DNA from: a virus
IMG/VR virus record: IMGVR_UViG_3300029514_000040
Reading direction: 5' to 3' (one strand)
Length of the DNA: 5,643 nt
Position 1 is the first letter of the stretch. Each line of letters begins with the position of its first letter. The position numbers and the translations under genes are program-made. A model generated the notes under the pieces. The model ran no database searches. It was not told the DNA's origin and was given only the letters and a program-made list of their open reading frames with translations. Positions 3,887 to 5,643 of the stretch are shown here, one piece after another.

Positions 3887-5532
3887 ACCGCAACAGTGAA
3901 TACAACTTTGCACAGAATCCGCAAGTCGGAGTGAGCCGCAGCCGATTCCAGCGCAACAGCGACAACAAAACGACCTTCAACACGGGCGACCTCATCCCAA
4001 TCTATCTGGATGAGGTGTTACCGGGTGATACGCACCAAATCGACGTTGCCTGTGTCATGCGAATGGCAACACCCATCTTCCCGGTAATGGACAACGCCTA
4101 TTGCGACTTCTACTTCTTTTTCGTGCCAAACCGACTCTTGTGGGAGCACTGGAAGGAGTTTATGGGCGAGAACAAGGAAACCGCATGGACACCTAAGACG
4201 GAGTACAGTGTGCCGCAGGTGACAGCACCAGCAGACGGATGGGAAGAAGGTACGCTGGCGGACTATCTGGGACTGCCTACCAAAGTTAAAGGCATCAGCG
4301 TAAGTGCTCTGCCGGGCAGAGCCTACGGTCTCATCTATAACGAGTGGTTTCGAAACCAGAACGTCACGCAGCCGACACTTGTAGAAGTGACGGATGCGAC
4401 CACGACCGGCAAAAACGACGGCAGCGCTACCAATGACAGCGCTATCACGTTGGCAAAGCCTCTCAAGGCAGCGAAGGTGTTTGACTACTACACCGGAGCT
4501 TTGCCGGAACCGCAGAAAGGCGAGCCAATCACGATTCCGCTAGGCGGAAACGCACCGATTTACGGTTTTAAGGACATCGCCTTAACCCAAAAAATCGAGT
4601 CAAGCCCGTCGTCTCTCAACAGGATATGGACGAGTAAACCGGGCGCAGATGGGAAAAGTCTCATCTATGAGGACAGCGGGGCGACCAACAAAGGACAGAT
4701 TGGGTTATACGAATTTGACCAATGGGGCAACTACAACGGGAGCGGAATCTTGGGTGCAGACCTCAGCAACGTCACGGCAGCAACCATCAACCAGCTCCGT
4801 CAGGCTTTCCAGATTCAGAAACTGCTCGAAAAAGATGCGCGAGGCGGCACGAGATACCGCGAGGTGCTGCGCGAACACTTCGGAGTTATCTCTCCTGACT
4901 CTCGTATGCAGATTCCGGAGTATCTGGGCGGCTACAGACTGCCTATCAACGTGTCTCAGGTTATCCAGACCTCTTCGAGCGACGAAACGAGTCCGCTGGG
5001 CAACACAGCGGCGCTAAGTGTTACCACAATGAACAAACCCATGTTTACCAAGTCCTTTACTGAGCATGGTTTCATCATGGGCCTGGCAGTCGTCCGTACA
5101 GACCAGACCTATCAGCAGGGTATCGAGCGCATGTGGAGCCGCAAAGGCCGGTATGATTACTACTGGCCGGTACTAGCAAACATCGGCGAGCAAGCCATCC
5201 TCAACAAAGAAATCTATGCACAGGGCAACGCAAAGGACGATGAAGCATTCGGCTATCAGGAAGCATGGGCCGACTATCGGTATAAGCCGAGCAAGGTTAC
5301 CGGCCTGTTCCGAAGCAACGCACAACAGAGTCTCGATGCATGGCACTATGCACAGGACTACGACGCGCTGCCTACTCTGAGCACCGCTTGGATGGAACAG
5401 GGCGAAGCCGAAATGAAGCGGACTCTTGCGGTACAGTCTCAGCCGGACTTTATTGCAGACTTCTACTTTATGAACAAAACAACGCGGTGTATGCCGGTGT
5501 ACAGCATTCCCGGCCTCATCGACCATCACTAA
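3883..5532 (+). CDS. VP1: VP1 major capsid protein (phiX174 F-type jelly-roll, gokushovirus form with large insertion loop)
   Basis: 549-aa ORF with RBS GAGGTGA at 3872..3878. Hallmark blocks are FNTGDLIPIYLDEVLPGDT, DNAYCDFYFFFVPNRLLW, LPGRAYGLIYNEWFRNQN, INQLRQAFQIQKLLEKDARGGTRY and IPEYLGG. A variable segment between about aa 218 and 297 corresponds to the gokushovirus-specific surface insertion. Confidence 0.97.
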   Translation: MNRNSEYNFAQNPQVGVSRSRFQRNSDNKTTFNTGDLIPIYLDEVLPGDTHQIDVACVMRMATPIFPVMDNAYCDFYFFFVPNRLLWEHWKEFMGENKETAWTPKTEYSVPQVTAPADGWEEGTLADYLGLPTKVKGISVSALPGRAYGLIYNEWFRNQNVTQPTLVEVTDATTTGKNDGSATNDSAITLAKPLKAAKVFDYYTGALPEPQKGEPITIPLGGNAPIYGFKDIALTQKIESSPSSLNRIWTSKPGADGKSLIYEDSGATNKGQIGLYEFDQWGNYNGSGILGADLSNVTAATINQLRQAFQIQKLLEKDARGGTRYREVLREHFGVISPDSRMQIPEYLGGYRLPINVSQVIQTSSSDETSPLGNTAALSVTTMNKPMFTKSFTEHGFIMGLAVVRTDQTYQQGIERMWSRKGRYDYYWPVLANIGEQAILNKEIYAQGNAKDDEAFGYQEAWADYRYKPSKVTGLFRSNAQQSLDAWHYAQDYDALPTLSTAWMEQGEAEMKRTLAVQSQPDFIADFYFMNKTTRCMPVYSIPGLIDHH

Positions 5533-5544
5533 AGAAAGGAGACA

Positions 5545-5571
5545 GCCGGGGACAAAACCCCGGCTATTTTT
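5545..5571 (+). terminator. Rho-independent terminator after VP1, probably leaky, upstream of VP2
   Basis: GCCGGGG (5545..5551) pairs with CCCCGGC (5558..5564) around the loop ACAAAA, followed by TATTTTT (5565..5571). It lies 12 nt after the VP1 stop and 4 nt before the VP2 ATG (5576, equivalent to 22). Confidence 0.8.
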
Positions 5572-5643
5572 GAAAATGGCAATACCAGCCTTTTTAGGAG
5601 CCTTATCAACAGGCGCGAAAATACTGGGCGGAGTAAGCGGCCT
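5555..5643. repeat. Terminal redundancy (copy 2); includes a truncated duplicate of the VP2 5' end
   Basis: This segment is identical to 1..89. ATG 5576 corresponds to ATG 22. It is an assembly or linearisation artefact, not a second gene. Confidence 0.95.

Noticed and set aside
4649-5017. 122-aa alternative-frame + strand ORF inside VP1, plus similar ones at 1032..1271 (in VP4) and 5340..5573
   Set aside because: Overlapping genes do occur in Microviridae (phiX174 E, K, B), so I considered a hidden lysis gene. These products are Arg/Ser/Thr-rich, have no hydrophobic transmembrane segment, and have no SD before their ATGs. I treat them as frame artefacts unless frame conservation in relatives shows otherwise.
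413-5529. All minus-strand ORFs in the track (413..673, 708..1040, 1099..1293, 1635..1829, 2726..2950, 2902..3093, 2987..3196, 3106..3495, 3380..3913, 3786..3995, 5173..5529)
   Set aside because: Each is antisense to a well-supported + strand gene, has biased Leu/Ser/Cys/Phe-rich composition, and resembles no family I recognise. Microviridae are known to transcribe only one strand. I saw no minus-strand promoter/RBS combination supporting any of them.
5576-5643. Apparent second copy of the VP2 5' end
   Set aside because: It lies within the exact 89-nt terminal overlap of a circular contig. It is a linearisation artefact rather than a gene duplication.

Overview
The window is one complete circular ssDNA phage genome of the family Microviridae, Gokushovirinae-like, written with an assembly overlap. 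Bases 1..89 are identical to 5555..5643, so the unit length is 5554 nt. All credible genes lie on the + strand. In circular order they are VP1 major capsid (3883..5532), an intrinsic terminator, VP2 pilot protein (22..876) and VP4 rolling-circle replication initiator (877..1899). Next comes an accessory and control region of about 1.15 kb (1900..3055). It is followed by a 39-aa basic J/ORF8-like DNA-binding protein missed by the ORF track (3056..3175), a VP5-like protein (3175..3417) and the VP3 internal scaffold (3410..3886). The last four genes are chained by overlapping stop/start signals (TAATG, ATGAGTAA, ATGA). The unusual part is 1900..3055, which contains four things. (a) Three strong hairpins lie just after VP4, and the last looks like an intrinsic terminator. 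(b) An AT-rich block holds at least 8 perfect same-orientation GTTGAAA iterons, 3 exact matches to the relaxed DnaA-box consensus TTWTNCACA, and a 9-bp hairpin whose stem is a DnaA box. (c) A small GC-rich nested palindrome follows. (d) Two near-consensus sigma70-type promoters drive small ORFs of unknown function (65 aa, 68 aa, possibly 42 aa). The first ORF is a self-contained promoter-ORF-terminator cassette. I saw no tRNA, rRNA, CRISPR array, transposase or integrase. Host cannot be assigned from sequence alone. The canonical TTGACA/TATAAT promoters and AGGAGG ribosome-binding sites suggest a host with standard sigma70 and Shine-Dalgarno usage.
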